From Eukaryota sp. GEM-RC1 (lineage: Eukaryota): a DNA stretch of 64,000 bases. The notes under the pieces were generated by a model. It was given only the letters and a program-made list of their open reading frames with translations. It was not told the DNA's origin and ran no database searches. The position numbers were made by a program, and so were the translations under genes. Shown here one piece after another: positions 23,513-37,166 of the stretch. Numbering within the stretch: position 1 is the first letter of the stretch; every line of letters starts with the position of its first letter. The stretch spans positions 1,798,001-1,862,000 of the forward strand of contig JAUFOQ010000001.1 of the NCBI GenBank assembly GCA_040285855.1. Reading direction: 5' to 3'.

Positions 23513-24328
23513 TTGTTTTTAAAAAAAAATCATTTTTTTAATAATTCCATACAATTATTTAGTATCATTCTATACATACGCCAAGACAATTTTAATCTAT
23601 ATGGAATTTCTATTTTATTTAATATATCAAATACCATTTTCTTATCACTATCACGGAAAACATATCTGTATAATCAAAATCTAATTCATAATTAATAGTT
23701 ACATAACCATCATGAATGGATGTATATAATGTTTTAGGTCCTAATTCATTTCTTAATGTTAAGTCAATATCGATATTTAAACTATATAATTCTTTAACAA
23801 TTCTTGGAAATTCTGAAAGATACCCAGATATATTTAATATTATTTTTTTGTTTTAAATTGTTTCAATAAATCAGATACATGATTATTATAATCAATAATC
23901 GTATTAGAATATAAAGGTTCTTCTAATGAAAATGTATTACATGATACGTATTTAGCACTAGTTAGATCAAACCATATTGTATCGACCAAACAAGTTGTTT
24001 GAGGAGTTTTTAATTTTCCTTTAATATTTTTCATAATGGGATTTTCCAGCCAATATCTACCACCTTCTTCAACTACACCAGCTTTTGTGTATATTCATAA
24101 ATCTTTCTGATACATAACAATATTTTTGACATTTGCTATGTTTGAAAACACAATGAAGTAATGATTCAGTTAAAGTAAAAGGATCCATTAGTAAAAGAAA
24201 AATCATTTTTATGTATTTATTCAAATGAAAAAAATATAAATAGGGAATATTAGTAGAAATATACGAATTATTAAAAAATAAATATGATTTTTGGTTATTT
24301 GGATAGTGAAATTATGGTATAAATTTTT

Positions 24329-25596
24329 TTATTCATCATCTTTTTCTACAGCAGCAACCCATTCTTCAATTATTTCTTTAGGGAAATCTCTTTCAGTTAA
24401 TTCTTGGCGCAATCTCTCTTGATTCAATTCACCTTTCAATCTTAACATTCTAGTAATGTTTGTAGCTTGTTCTTTCTCATCAATTCCTACGATAATGTTG
24501 TCATCAAAACCAACCAAGGCATTAATCATTCTTGTAATCAAACCAAGAAAGCACATACACTCGCCTTCATAGATTTCTTGTATCAAGACTTTTAGGCAAT
24601 CGCTATTTTCAAGCTTGGAAATTCGATCAATTACTAAACAATAAACATCTTTTACAGATAGATTGTAGTCAAGTAATGTAGCATCATGTCTAAAATCCGG
24701 AGGTATTACATCACTAATAGAATAGTTTGCAATCAAATACTCCAATGACTTTCGCAAATTTCGTTGGATAGAAGGGATGTGAACAGTTTCTGGATTCATA
24801 AACATGTTTTGTTCAGTGATTCCACCAACAGCTCTTTCTAACATTGGTAAAACAGGAAGGCGTCTAATTCGAGTATGTTGATAATACAGGAATTTTAATT
24901 TCAGCAAACTTGGAATCGTACGTATAGGATTCCGATCAAGTATTAATCTTTCCAAATTAGGAAATACAGGAATTTCAGATACTTCATTAAATGCGATATC
25001 TAAATACTCCAACATTGGACTAGAATCAATATCTCGAAGTCGACAATGATGAATACTCGCTCGTACCAAATATCTAAAAGAATACAAATGAGGAAGTCGA
25101 ACTTGTTCCAAAGACAAGACTTCTAAAAGAGGAAAATTTTCTGGAGTTATTCTTTGTATATTAGTTCCTCTTGCTTTCAAAGATTTCAGATAAGGAAACC
25201 TTTTAAATGTGATATTACCACAACACCATAAGTCCATTATTTCAAGTTTTGGTAATTTTTCAGCATTCAAACTTACTTGCTTACAATAACTCAAATGCAA
25301 TTCTAGTAAATTTGGAAAGTATCCAAAATTAGTAATCTTTGGTAAATTAATATCCAAAAATTGGAGTGTTAAACTAGAACCAACAACTTCAAGATTTACT
25401 TCAGTTTCTGGATGATCTTGTTCGTAAAGGTCTTTTGACTAATAATCAAATGTTCCAAGTTAGGAAAAGTTTCAAATGTAAACAACGAAGCATCTCCAGA
25501 GAGAATAACAGCATGTGTTAACGTAGATGTATCAAAATCAATTTCGGGCACAATATCATTAACCATGATAGGACCATTAAAAGAGTGGGGAACCAT
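24329..25596 (-). CDS. LRR protein with conserved C-terminal domain, frameshifted near 25390
   Basis: LRRs; ETVHIPSIQ...CFLGLITRMINALVGFD. Confidence 0.85.
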
Positions 25597-25796
25597 TATC
25601 TTTATATAAATTCATTTTTTTATAAAATATGTTATTTCATAATAATACTTTATATATACATGATGATGATTAGAAAATTATATAGAATGTATAGGTTTGG
25701 TAATATTAATGAGTTTTATAACAAATATAAACTTTTATCTGAATGGACAAGAGAAGAATTTTAAAAAATAAAATTTATTTTTAATAATATATTTTA

Positions 25797-26506
25797 CTAA
25801 TGCATGTTTAAATAATTTCTTTTCATTTCATTAGAACAAGCATGATAATTAGTATAACATAAGTCAATTGCATATTTGCAAAATTCTTCATTATTTCTTA
25901 AACCATGAGAACAATATATAAATTGCATAGGTGATTTCTCCATGACAAATCTACAAAAGTCTTCATTATCTTGTATCTTATACGAACATGATCTAAATTG
26001 ACCAGGTGCTAATTCTATGACGAATCGACAAAAGTCTTCATTAGCCTGTAGCTTATATGCACAAACTTGAAATACTGATGGATTTTTTTAATTACCATTT
26101 TACAAAAATTTTCATTTACTTTTAACTTATCACTACAATGGAAGAATATATCCATTACCTGATCAGTATCACTAATCATGATTACCCATTTGCAAAATTC
26201 ATAATTATTTCTCAATCGTTTTGAACATTTTGGAAAATGACACGGATCATTGAGCATTACTAATTTGCAAAAATATTCCTTGTCTCTCATTCTCTTAGAA
26301 CAAAACTTGAAATTACTATAATTGTATTTTAATGCGGCTCTACATATATTTTCATCATTTCTCAATACTGGTGGGAAAAATTCAAAACCAGAAAAGTCAA
26401 TTGAAGTAACATTGTTTTTGTATATTCGATAAATTTTGGAGATTTGTACGAGTACATTTTTAAAAAATAAAATCATTTTATTCCAATTAAAAATATTTGA
26501 TTCCAT
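25797..26506 (-). CDS. DUF4116-like repeat protein, frameshifted; start uncertain
   Basis: CSKRLRNNYEFCKWV repeats. Confidence 0.7.
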
Positions 26507-26513
26507 TTATAAA

Positions 26514-27264
26514 CTACATTTTTTCACTTTCTAAAATAAATTCCAAATTAAAGTTTTCAAATATCTTGGAAATATTAGCAATATCACAAAACTCCTTGGA
26601 TAAATGAATTTCTTTAATGTTTAGTTTATCTAAACCTAAATTTTCGCACACATTTAATACTAAATTATTACGATAAACATCATCACACGTTTCCCAACTA
26701 ATATCTGCATCTTCTATAAATTCAATTATACCAATTCCATCTTTAAACTTCAATCGTAAGCAATAAACGAATCTTGGACGCATTTTATAAAAACTCACTA
26801 ATTCAACATTATATTGTTTGAATCTTTCAAGTTCATTAATTGATTTTGCATTCAAACAATCATATAATGATATTAGTGTATTGTATTTATATTTAAGTTT
26901 TTCAAATGGTATTATTGAGTCTGATTCAATTCTATGAATAGATAAGCGATCACAAGTAATATTTGAATTTAGAAGAATATCAATTTCAGATAATTTCATA
27001 GAAAGTTTATCAAAGAAACAGTGATTATTAGGATTAGTTAGATATGGTATTATTAATGATAAATCAAAAACTACACATACCATCACCAAGAGTGTAATAT
27101 TCGTCATCTTCGTATTCCCAATTGAAATCATCAGCGCGAATATTAATTAATTTTCTCGGTTTATATGTTTCATAAATATCATTAAATTTCCTTGACACAA
27201 TACCGTAATTTTTATTTTTCAAGTTTGGTAATATATAGTGAATTAATGTATCTTTGTACTTCAT
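26514..27264 (-). CDS. F-box-like family protein, frameshifted
   Basis: N-terminus LIHYILPNL...IVSRKFNDIY; body resembles the 38-48 kb family. Confidence 0.5.
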
Positions 27265-27292
27265 TTCATAAAAATAAAATCATTGTTTTATA

Positions 27293-27967
27293 TTAACTTT
27301 TTATTGCATTAACTTTTCTATCATCATGGAAACAAGAAATATAAATGTTTTTAATAGGATGTTCATATCGTTGGAATGATTTAATGGCACATCTCATTAC
27401 TTTATCAATTGAATGTCTAAACACTCCACAACCAATTGGAGGCATTACCAAATTTTCTACATTATAATCGTTACATACCTTAATGATTGTCGCAAATACA
27501 TCCATGTGTAAATCATCAGCTTGTTGTTGATTTTTTAATAAAGACATTCGTTGACTATAAATTGATAATACATCAACATTAAACTCATTTACTTGTTCAA
27601 ACTCTAAATTTCTGAAAAACAATACGTTTGGTGTATAGATTCCTTTGGCTGTTATTGGGGAAGTGATTCCTGTTGACATTAATGCCTCATGTAGATTACT
27701 TCTATAGATGAGTGAATCTTCTTGGGTGAGTCCCCCATATTTAGCTTTACCTCCAATGTTTATTCTTGATGCTGAATTTATCAATAAAGATTTACCAACA
27801 CAATTTTGATAATCGTAAACACAATCATTTAATGTTGGAATAATATTTGGTAATTGATTAGATTTAAACAATTGTTCATTTGAATGGATTAATAATCCCA
27901 TATCTGTATATGGTTTGGGATTACGTCTATCTGAATAGTAAATATCCTTACGTTGTTCTTTGTTCAT
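27293..27967 (-). CDS. Microbial-type poly(ADP-ribose) glycohydrolase (TIGR02452/DUF2263-like macrodomain)
   Basis: LINSASRINIGG-x-YGGLTQEDSLIYRSNL signature, IYTPNVLFFR, LVMPPIGCGVF. Confidence 0.85.
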   Translation of the reverse strand: MNKEQRKDIYYSDRRNPKPYTDMGLLIHSNEQLFKSNQLPNIIPTLNDCVYDYQNCVGKSLLINSASRINIGGKAKYGGLTQEDSLIYRSNLHEALMSTGITSPITAKGIYTPNVLFFRNLEFEQVNEFNVDVLSIYSQRMSLLKNQQQADDLHMDVFATIIKVCNDYNVENLVMPPIGCGVFRHSIDKVMRCAIKSFQRYEHPIKNIYISCFHDDRKVNAIKS

Positions 27968-28092
27968 TAAAATTAAAAAAATATTTTATATAACAAAACA
28001 TATTTTATATATCATGTAATAAAATGATGTATTTAATGCAATAAAAATATACTTTAAAAATTTATTATTATTATTTTTTATTGATAATATTT

Positions 28093-29119
28093 ATGATAAT
28101 CGTTATTCAGATCTATTTTAGAAAGACAAGAATTTTTATATATAAATTTCTGTTCATTTAAATCATGTCCGTCCATACAATCCCAACAAAAGGATTTATC
28201 ATTTATAAACAAATCAGAACAATGAATGATATTTTCGTGGTCATATCTAACAGCTTGTTTACAGAACTTTCTATTATCTTTTAATTGTTTAATTTTAATT
28301 TTATAAAATTCTTTAATTACTTTTTAAATTCATCATTTTCTAATAATTCGTTAGAACAATGTCTTACTCTTCCTCCATTATAGATTGCCCACTTGCAAAA
28401 TTCAAAATCATTTTTCAATTCACAACTGCGTAAATTTTTAGGATAGTTTTTCACTGCAATCTTACAGAAATATTCATCACTTCTCAACTCTTTGGAACAC
28501 TTACAAAATCGCGATAGATCTGATCGAAGTGTCCACATACAGAAACTTTTATTATTTCGTAATCTATCAGAACAATGTATGAAATTATCAAAATCCTCAT
28601 AATAAAAATAATTAGGTTTCAAATCGATTCCATATTTACAAAAATTTCATCATCTCTTAATCTATCTGAGCAATTTTTAAACTCTTCTGGGGCAAGCAAT
28701 AATACTTCTTTACAAAAATCTTCATCATCATTTAAATCCGTATATTTTAAGATATTTTGATTTTGAAGGTTTTTAATTGCACTCATGACAAGTACTTTAT
28801 TATTTCGAAGTTCTTTAGGAAACTCACTAAAATTTATTTCACGAGTATTAAAACGTTTTCTAATACAATAATCGTCACAACCATAATTACAATAGCACTT
28901 GTGATCATTTCTTGGTGATTCAATTAAGCCTAGTAAAAAACCAATCATGCTATCTTTTAAAAAATCTGTTGAGTCATTCTCAATTAATGTGTGTTCATGC
29001 TCAAGATCTAAATAACCATGTTTATAACATTCACGGTAATGTGCTTGATATGAATTATAATGTTGATTACAATATTTATCACCCCTGAATTCACATTTAC
29101 ATAATATGTATACACTCAT
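28093..29119 (-). CDS. DUF4116-like repeat protein with Cys/His-rich N-terminus, frameshifted
   Basis: CSDRLRDDEIF and CSKELRSDEYFC repeats. Confidence 0.7.
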
Positions 29120-29143
29120 TAGTAAAAAAATTTATTAATTTTA

Positions 29144-29680
29144 TCAATTTTTATATTTTAATAATAAATCATTTTGATCATTATTATTTTTTATAAATTT
29201 TCGTTCAATTAATTCATGCTTTCCAAATTTCATAAAATTAATGATTTTTTCTTCATCTTCTGGACATGCAGTAATTTCCATTATATCATTTACGAGCCTG
29301 TATTTAAAAATCTGATCAATGATATTTCTCGATGGATGTTCTCCTATTATAGTCAATCCACCAATACTATTTACACTAAGTAATAAATATTGTGTGATCA
29401 AATTGAAATCACGACTATATTCTGTATAATTACATATTATATAAAGGTTTGATCGAAATTTATTTTCCTTGAATGTTAGTTTAAATAATCCTTCAATACT
29501 ATGCTCACAATAAAAATCTAAATAAATTTCAATTATTTTGTCATCTGATATATTTCGTAAATCATAAATACGATCACCTCCCATGTTTTCATAATCTAAT
29601 TTTTCTCCATTAATTTCAATATGAATATAACTTACTTCATGAATACACGTCATCAGTTGATGTTTAATTATAATATCCAT
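29144..29680 (-). CDS. Hypothetical protein
   Basis: 178-aa intact ORF. Confidence 0.55.
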   Translation of the reverse strand: MDIIIKHQLMTCIHEVSYIHIEINGEKLDYENMGGDRIYDLRNISDDKIIEIYLDFYCEHSIEGLFKLTFKENKFRSNLYIICNYTEYSRDFNLITQYLLLSVNSIGGLTIIGEHPSRNIIDQIFKYRLVNDIMEITACPEDEEKIINFMKFGKHELIERKFIKNNNDQNDLLLKYKN

Positions 29681-30432
29681 TACTCATTTAAAAAAATACA
29701 TTTATGATTAAAATTATTGACGGAATAAAACTCTTATTTTTATTTCGTGGATTCCACAAGTATTACATTTTATTTTATCTGATAATACTTCTCTTGATAC
29801 TAATGCATATTCAAAATCATTCATGTATTTATTAACAATTTCTTCTATAATTTAATACTTCATTATCAACTTTAATTGTGATATCTTGAACATCATTAAT
29901 AAATGATTAAAAAAAATATATTTATGATTGTTTAATTAAATTACATAATGTTTTTAACCTATTAATATCTTTTCCATTATTGATAAAATCATGTACACAA
30001 ATAAACAATGAATGATATCCAATAATGGGTTCTTCTTCGAATTCTGTTTTATTATCTTTATGTAGTTTCCCCGATTCATGATAATAATCTGAATCATAAA
30101 GATCTTCTTTACTATACTTTAATTCATTTTCAATAAAACTATTAGAATCAGAAATAAATGCACCATAAGTATTATCTTTGTCATTCTCAAATAATACATG
30201 AATCTTACAAAATTCAGATATTACTTTAAAAAATCCATTAAAGGATCATCACTTGATTTATTTTTAATCATCTTGCCATTTTCCTCAATTTTAACAAACA
30301 TTGTAGTTTCAGTTTCATTAAGAGTTTTATCACGAAGTTTTAATTGTTCATATTCTTGATGCTTATCGAAATAATAATCAATAATGTCAATATGAGTTTC
30401 ATCTCCTTCCACGAATACACAATACGTAAACA

Positions 30433-31614
30433 TTAATGAAAAATAAAAATCATTTTTATATTATTTGTAACTATTATTTTTATACATTTAAATAATGAAT
30501 TCTCTTCAAAATCTATTTTTCGTTGATGAATTTCCTCGAAAATATAATTATTTTCAGTTGCCCATTTACAGAGATCTTTATCATTATTTAATCTATTAGA
30601 GCATTCATAAAAGTTGCATATTGTTTCCCCAATGACCATTTACAGAGATCTTTATCATTATTTAATCTATTAGAGCATTCATAAAAGTTGCATATTGTTT
30701 CCCCAATGACCATTTACAGAAATCTTTATCATCTTTTAACTTATCAGCACATTCAGAAAAGGTTGCATATTCTTTTCCAATGCCCATTTACAAAAATCTT
30801 CATTCTCTATCAATCTATCAGAACAATAACCAAATTGATCTTTACGAGAAATAACTACCTTACAAAAACATCATCATCTCTTAATGTTTTATCACACCAT
30901 TTAAATTGTCGACCATCTTTTTTTAACTACAATTTTACAAAAATCTGCATCTTTTCGTAATTCATTAGAACAATGTTTTAATGTAAATGTTCCATGATTA
31001 AGTACCCATGTACAAAATGTTTTATCATTTCTTAAACGGTCTGAACATAAATCTAAATATGATTCATTCATTATCCGGAAATATTTAATATATTTTTTAC
31101 AATATTCTTCATTATCACGTAATCTATAAGGAAAACATTTAAATGCTGATTGATCTTGACTTAATATATAATCACAAAAATCTTCATTATTTTGTAACTC
31201 TTCAGAACAAAGTTCAAATGCATGAATGACATCTTTACGATCAACTCTTTCAATTACTTCTTTACAAAATAGTTCATCTTTTCGGAAATATAGGAGAACA
31301 ATTTTCAAATATTTCAATAAGATGATTCTTATGAACACTTCGTATAGCTACTAAACAAAAATGGTGATCACTAGTTAATCCACAATCTAAAAATATTTTA
31401 TAATCTTTTCCTAATGAAAATATACAAAATTCTAAATCACGTTTTAATCTTTTCGAACAATGAATAAAATTTGGAGGATAACATGCAACTGCTACTTTGC
31501 ATACATTTGTATTGTTTCTTAATGTTTTTGAAAAGAACGAAAATTAAAGTGAAATTCAGATCTAAAATAATCAAGATCATTTACCAATTTAATGATTTCT
31601 TCGTCACTATACAT
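30433..31614 (-). CDS. DUF4116-like repeat protein, several frameshifts
   Basis: CSDRLRNDKTFC repeats; contains an internal tandem duplication. Confidence 0.7.
30562..30795. repeat. 74-bp tandem repeat (two identical copies and one diverged) encoding DUF4116-like units
   Basis: ccatttaca starts at 30562, 30636, 30710 and 30784. Confidence 0.9.
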
Positions 31615-31866
31615 TAAGATAAAAAATAAAACGATATTTATATAAACATATCATCATGATTCTTCTTGATGTTAGTATGTTCTTAATACTAATAATACAT
31701 TGAAAAAGATATTAGTGCGTGATGGTGATCTATATAAAATCAAAGATGATTTTTATTCACAAATGTTTCCATACTTGTATAATGTACATTTAAAAGATTT
31801 AAAAGAGGTTGTAGTCAACTTTGAAAAATTCATTAAATAAAAATGATTTTATTTTTTTTAAAAAAA

Positions 31867-32214
31867 ATGTTTAGAGGTAGTTATCGATTTGATTTCGATG
31901 AATCCGGATATCTATTTAATATTCTTTGTATTGATCTTGACATATATGGAACAAGAGAAAATTGTAAAAATCTTGAACCTTTTAGAATGTTTTTGAAAAA
32001 AATAATTGGAGAAATCAATCCCGACAGAACTCGTGACCTGTTATATAATCTACCTGATAAGGTTAAGTTTAAGTTTAATAATACTTTATTGGATGATGAA
32101 ATTTCATATTCTTTGGAAAAAGACGTTTTCGTTATGAATCAAGAGGTACAAATTCGTTATTATATTATCATAAAAGGATGGGTGAATTTTTACCTTTATA
32201 AAAAGATTAACTAA
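31867..32214 (+). CDS. Hypothetical protein, first clear gene of the plus-strand arm
   Basis: AAAATGA motif at ~31840; start MFRGSY. Confidence 0.55.
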   Translation: MFRGSYRFDFDESGYLFNILCIDLDIYGTRENCKNLEPFRMFLKKIIGEINPDRTRDLLYNLPDKVKFKFNNTLLDDEISYSLEKDVFVMNQEVQIRYYIIIKGWVNFYLYKKIN

Positions 32215-32237
32215 AATTATTATTATTTTTTTAGTAA

Positions 32238-34342
32238 TGAAACTTCAAGAATCATTAATTTATACAATTATGAAATTACCTAAAAAATAAAAATAAAAAT
32301 ACTTTTGTTCCAAGAATATATGTTTTTAAAGCATATAACATTTACAAAAATTGGAACATTGAAACACCTAGTATGAAGCTATATACTATTATTATAAAAG
32401 AAACCATTGATACGCCATTAGTTCCATATGAATTAAAAAAAGAAGTTAATTGATTCAATGTATAGTTCTTTTGGATGTCCTGAAATGTTATTTCCATTAA
32501 AAACCACATAGATGATAGTGATTTCGTACTAAATAACATAAAGAAAGGTTATCGTTTTACAATGTATTTTCCAAGCAAATTATTTTTGGGTGATAATGAA
32601 CCAGTATGGGTTAATGATTATCTAAAAAATATTAGAAATGCTATACGATATGTAGAGTTTGATTCAATGATACATGCAATATATTATAAAATATTATTGA
32701 AATTAAAAAGTGATGAAAAATTGGTAAATATAATATTTGATCATGAATTAAATAATGTATTAAATAGAATATTAAAAAAGCGAATAAACGTGATACGCGC
32801 TATAATTTTCATGATCTTTATCGTATAGGTTGGCCTGATGTACGTAATTATACAACCTATAAGATTGAATGTGATTTAAATATATGTTTAAAAGATGTGC
32901 ATATAAATGATTTAAAAGACATTGCAATTAATTTTGAGAGATTCCTACTATATTGATTATGGATTCATTATCAATATTATACAAGATGCGCGTAGCATTT
33001 CAATCATTACAAAAGATTATAAAATTACATCACTCAATTATACATTAAGCTTAGAATCTGGAATCATTGAAGTACCATGGATTGAAAATATCAAACTTAG
33101 AATTTTATCAGGATCGTATAGAGTGTATAATGGACCTAATAGTAATTATATTATTAAATACAGAAATGAAATTGTGGAGCTTGATTGTAAAAGAACAATT
33201 ATCAATATTGAGAAATGGAAAATCAAATCAATCGAATTGGATTATCATGGACGTATTTATGATGTTTTTGGTTATTTGAGATCAGCAAATTGTAACGAAT
33301 CTAATCAAGAAATTACAATTGATGGTACAAAATATGAGGTATACCCACAAGAAACTTATTATATATATATCGTGAAAAATAGAATATATGGATGAGAATG
33401 ATTTGCTCAAAATTAACAATGCACAAGAAAATGATTTTATTTTTGAAAATGAGATTGGCACAATCAGTATTATATTCGATAACAAAAATTAATCCCGAAA
33501 TAAATATTGATGGATTAGATTGGATTCATATATTTAAAGCGTATCAATTACCAAAAATAATTGGACTTGATTTTGTTGAAGAATTAAAAGAGTTGAAAAC
33601 ATCTTTGGTGATTGTTGATAAAACTTTAAATAATCCAAAAGTATCAAAAGAACTTAAATTGAATTTTCTACATGGATTATTAAATCATATGCCATATGAA
33701 AAAATGCTAAATTTATTGTACATCCAAATTATAATGGACCAATAATTGATTTTATATCTTGGGATGTTGGAACTAGTAATATTGATATAGTTAACTCTAT
33801 TCTTGACACAATGGATGATTTTCGTAAAAAATATATCACGGAAATAATGATTTTGTTCTTAATAATGTAAAAGATTATATTGGTACTTCAATTTCTTTAA
33901 TACTTAAAAATAATTTAGATTTTTCGTATTCTTTTGAGGAAATACATGATTATTATAAAAATATTGATAGAACTACTTTTAAATCAAAAATGGAAGTAGA
34001 ATCTTCTGATAAAATTCATTTATTATATTTTAGAATATTGTTAAAAGTTAAAAATCATATGAGTCCTCGTAAGAATCATGAACATTATTATAGATATCCA
34101 TTCGAAGATAATGATATTTTTGTTCCACGCTATGATGAAAAAGATTGATTGAAAATGATAAATTTTTAATTTCTATTTTAGATGAATGTTATTTAAAACA
34201 TTCAATGACAAAAGATACGATAATGGGATATAGAATTAAAGAAAAATATTTCGATAAATTGTATAATTATTTGAAAAATATTCATATTCTTGATTTATTA
34301 AAAGTGGCTGAGAATTTAGAAAATGTAATCAAAAATTTGTAA
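32238..34342 (+). CDS. Two fragmented genes with related N-termini (MKLQESLIYTI at 32238, MRLAQSVLYSI at 33449); a third truncated copy starts at 34377
   Basis: About 35 identical bases at the starts at 32238 and 34377; successive same-strand ORF fragments. Confidence 0.4.
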
Positions 34343-34553
34343 AAAAGATTGAATAAAATGATTTTATTTTTTAAAAATGAAACTTCAAGAATCATTAATT
34401 TATACAATTATCTTTTATATTGTAGTGATAAAATATTAAATGATGAAGAATTTTGTTTATTCTCAATGAAATTCAATACAGAAAATTTATGCTTCTTTTC
34501 TGATAAATTACAAATGAAATATGAATAAAAAAAATGATTATTATTTTTTAAAA

Positions 34554-35132
34554 ATGATTTGGTTACCAAGTGGTGTGTGGAAACATGTGTTTACTTATTT
34601 ATATCCTTGTGCTATTCCAAATTTCAAATTAGCAGAACAACGAGAAGTAGCTAATGCAGATTTTCCCATTGATGGAACTAAAGATCCAATTCTTGAAAAA
34701 CATGAACATCGAATTCGAATAATAGATGGAACTGATTACAATCGAAAATATAAACAACAGATCAGTCCCACAAAGATATTAAAAGGTGTAACTCATATAG
34801 TCTATTACGAAGATATAAGAATTAATCCATTATCTGTTATCTATGCAGAAATTGAAGGATATCGAATAAGTGAATTAAATTATATATTAGAACATTTTGA
34901 AAATCTTAAATATCTAAAAATATATGATGTTAATGAATGTAATATGCCTCTGATTGCTAAAACAATCAATGATTCAAAACTTGAATTGAATGAAGTATGG
35001 ATAGAATGCGATAGTAGATATGATCAGATTGATTATCCTGTTAAATTAGATGATATCAAGATTAATGTCAAATATTTTGAAATAAAAAATGATTTTTTTT
35101 TAAACAACAATGAGAATCACATCAGGTCTTGA
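34554..35132 (+). CDS. F-box-like protein
   Basis: N-terminal MIWLPSGVWKHVFTYL matches the F-box LPxExxxxIFxYL pattern. Confidence 0.6.
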   Translation: MIWLPSGVWKHVFTYLYPCAIPNFKLAEQREVANADFPIDGTKDPILEKHEHRIRIIDGTDYNRKYKQQISPTKILKGVTHIVYYEDIRINPLSVIYAEIEGYRISELNYILEHFENLKYLKIYDVNECNMPLIAKTINDSKLELNEVWIECDSRYDQIDYPVKLDDIKINVKYFEIKNDFFLNNNENHIRS

Positions 35133-36830
35133 ATTTCTATTCGAACGGAAACAGAATGATTCTTTGATGATTTATGTGAAATGTCTATCACAACTTATAA
35201 TGAATTGTTGGTGTTTTTAAGAAACGATAATATTTTATTTATTAATAATAGAACATTCCGTCATTATGAAGGTTTGTTAAGCTTGAAAATATTAAATAAT
35301 TGTGTTAAAGTGAAGAATTGCATTGATTTCAATATGGTATTACAATATGAATATTTTTATTGGGTATACCATGTTTTAATTCATTGTTATCAGAGTTATC
35401 AGAAACAAGAAATATGTACTATTGTGTTAGAAACAACAAAAATTGATATATCTGATATTTATAAATCTTACATGAAACCACATGAATTTGCATTAGCATT
35501 AATGAAAAGAGGTGTTGATTATGAGTTGGTTATTGATATTAATTTTGAACAGAATAATCATGATTGTTTCATTGTTAATAATTATATCCAATTAGTTGAG
35601 AAATTTTATAATATCAAAAACGTACAGAATTTGAATTCATTTCAACCGATCCCAAAGATGCTCAAGCATATATAGATAAACATGAAGTGAAAAGATTTTT
35701 AACCAAATCGTTTAAAAAAGAAGTTCAAAATGTATATTCAAGGAGATCCATTGAAACTTTTCGTGATCATCGTAGATATGGTGAGAATTTTAAAGAAATG
35801 ATTATTTATCAAGGTTATTTGGATAATATCAAAAGTTGATTGATGGAAAAGTGATTTATATTGTTCCTTATGATAATATTTTCATGATGAATATTGCAAT
35901 GCTATTAGGAGGTATAGATAATTTCTATGATGATGTTTTTAATGCTAATAACATTATATTCGTTGCCGAGGAAATTCAAGAAATTCCATTTACTTATTCT
36001 AATGATTCAATGGAACCACATTATCCTAAGAATTCCTATGAATATTATTTTGCATTGTTTGAAAATTGTTTCAAAAACATTATCCTGAGTTCACTACTCC
36101 CAAGGATGTTGATTTGAAAAAATTCCAAATATGTTTTGTCAACCAAGAACTGATGAATTCAAAAATATTTTGAAATCGATATCAAGAATGCCTTGTATAC
36201 AGCTACTAAAAGATTATTTCCCAAAGTTATTCCTATCTACGATGAACTAATGAGGTTCAAAGAATTCTATGGAGATAAAATGTCCACGTATACATTCTAT
36301 GCAATGTTGGTGATTAACAAATTTGTCGATGCTATTGAATTAATTCATAAAACCTTTATGGATATCTTATCCCCCTTTATGAGGTTAAATGGTAAGATTG
36401 TTGCAATCGTTGTCGATTCTGTTATATTTGATGAAGAACCCAGAGACTTTCAATATTTGCAAGTAAAGTATTTGAAAAATTTTCATGTTAAAACTCCAAA
36501 GATTAAATTTGTATTAAATGATCCAAGAAAGATTAATATATTGGCTCCTGGCTTTATTTGGTTATTTAATGATATGATGACAGACGAACCATATTATGGA
36601 TATGTAAGACATTCAAAAAAATATATCCATGCTATTAATTGTCATTATAAAAATAAGCATAAAAAGTTAAACTTCACAAATCTATTGTGAAATTAAGACC
36701 TCTTGGACATGTTACACAAAATGATTTTTGTAAACGTTGTAAGAAGGAAACTAAATTTGTTCATTTTGAATGTGGACATTATTATTGCACCAAATGTGAT
36801 TTTATTATTAGATGTGATATATGTCAATAA
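35110..36830 (+). CDS. Large protein with C-terminal C3HC4 RING finger (putative E3 ligase), frameshifted
   Basis: CKRC-x10-CGHYYCTKC-x5-CDICQ* at ~36729-36830, read in a frame absent from the ORF track. Confidence 0.65.
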
Positions 36831-36885
36831 AATTATTTATTTTTTAATAGATATAGATTGAGAAAAATGATTTATTTTTTATAAA

Positions 36886-37166
36886 ATGTCTACTTGGAAT
36901 TCTGCCGACGAGAAGCGCCTCTTGGAACTTCATGCCAAGAAAATGTCTGAAGAAGATATTGGAACAGAGTTGAACAAGACTCCCCGTGCTGTAAAGATGA
37001 GACTTAAAAACTTATCAATGATGACGATCGTCCAACAACTAAATCCATGAATGACAAGCTTGACAAATTATTGAAAATTAACAAGGATTTGAATGAAAAG
37101 GTTGATGCATTATATGTAAATTATGAAAAGTTACGACGACATGTTAAAGAGAATCAAAAACACTAA
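36886..37166 (+). CDS. Small Myb/SANT-like helix-turn-helix protein with coiled coil, frameshifted; not in the ORF track
   Basis: MSTWNSADEKRLLELHAKKMSEEDIGTELNKTPRAVKMRL; promoter motif at ~36863. Confidence 0.7.

Noticed and set aside
30562..30795. 74-bp repeat as a regulatory or phase-variation element
   Set aside because: It is a 25-codon DUF4116-like unit lacking one base per copy, mostly in homopolymers; probably error
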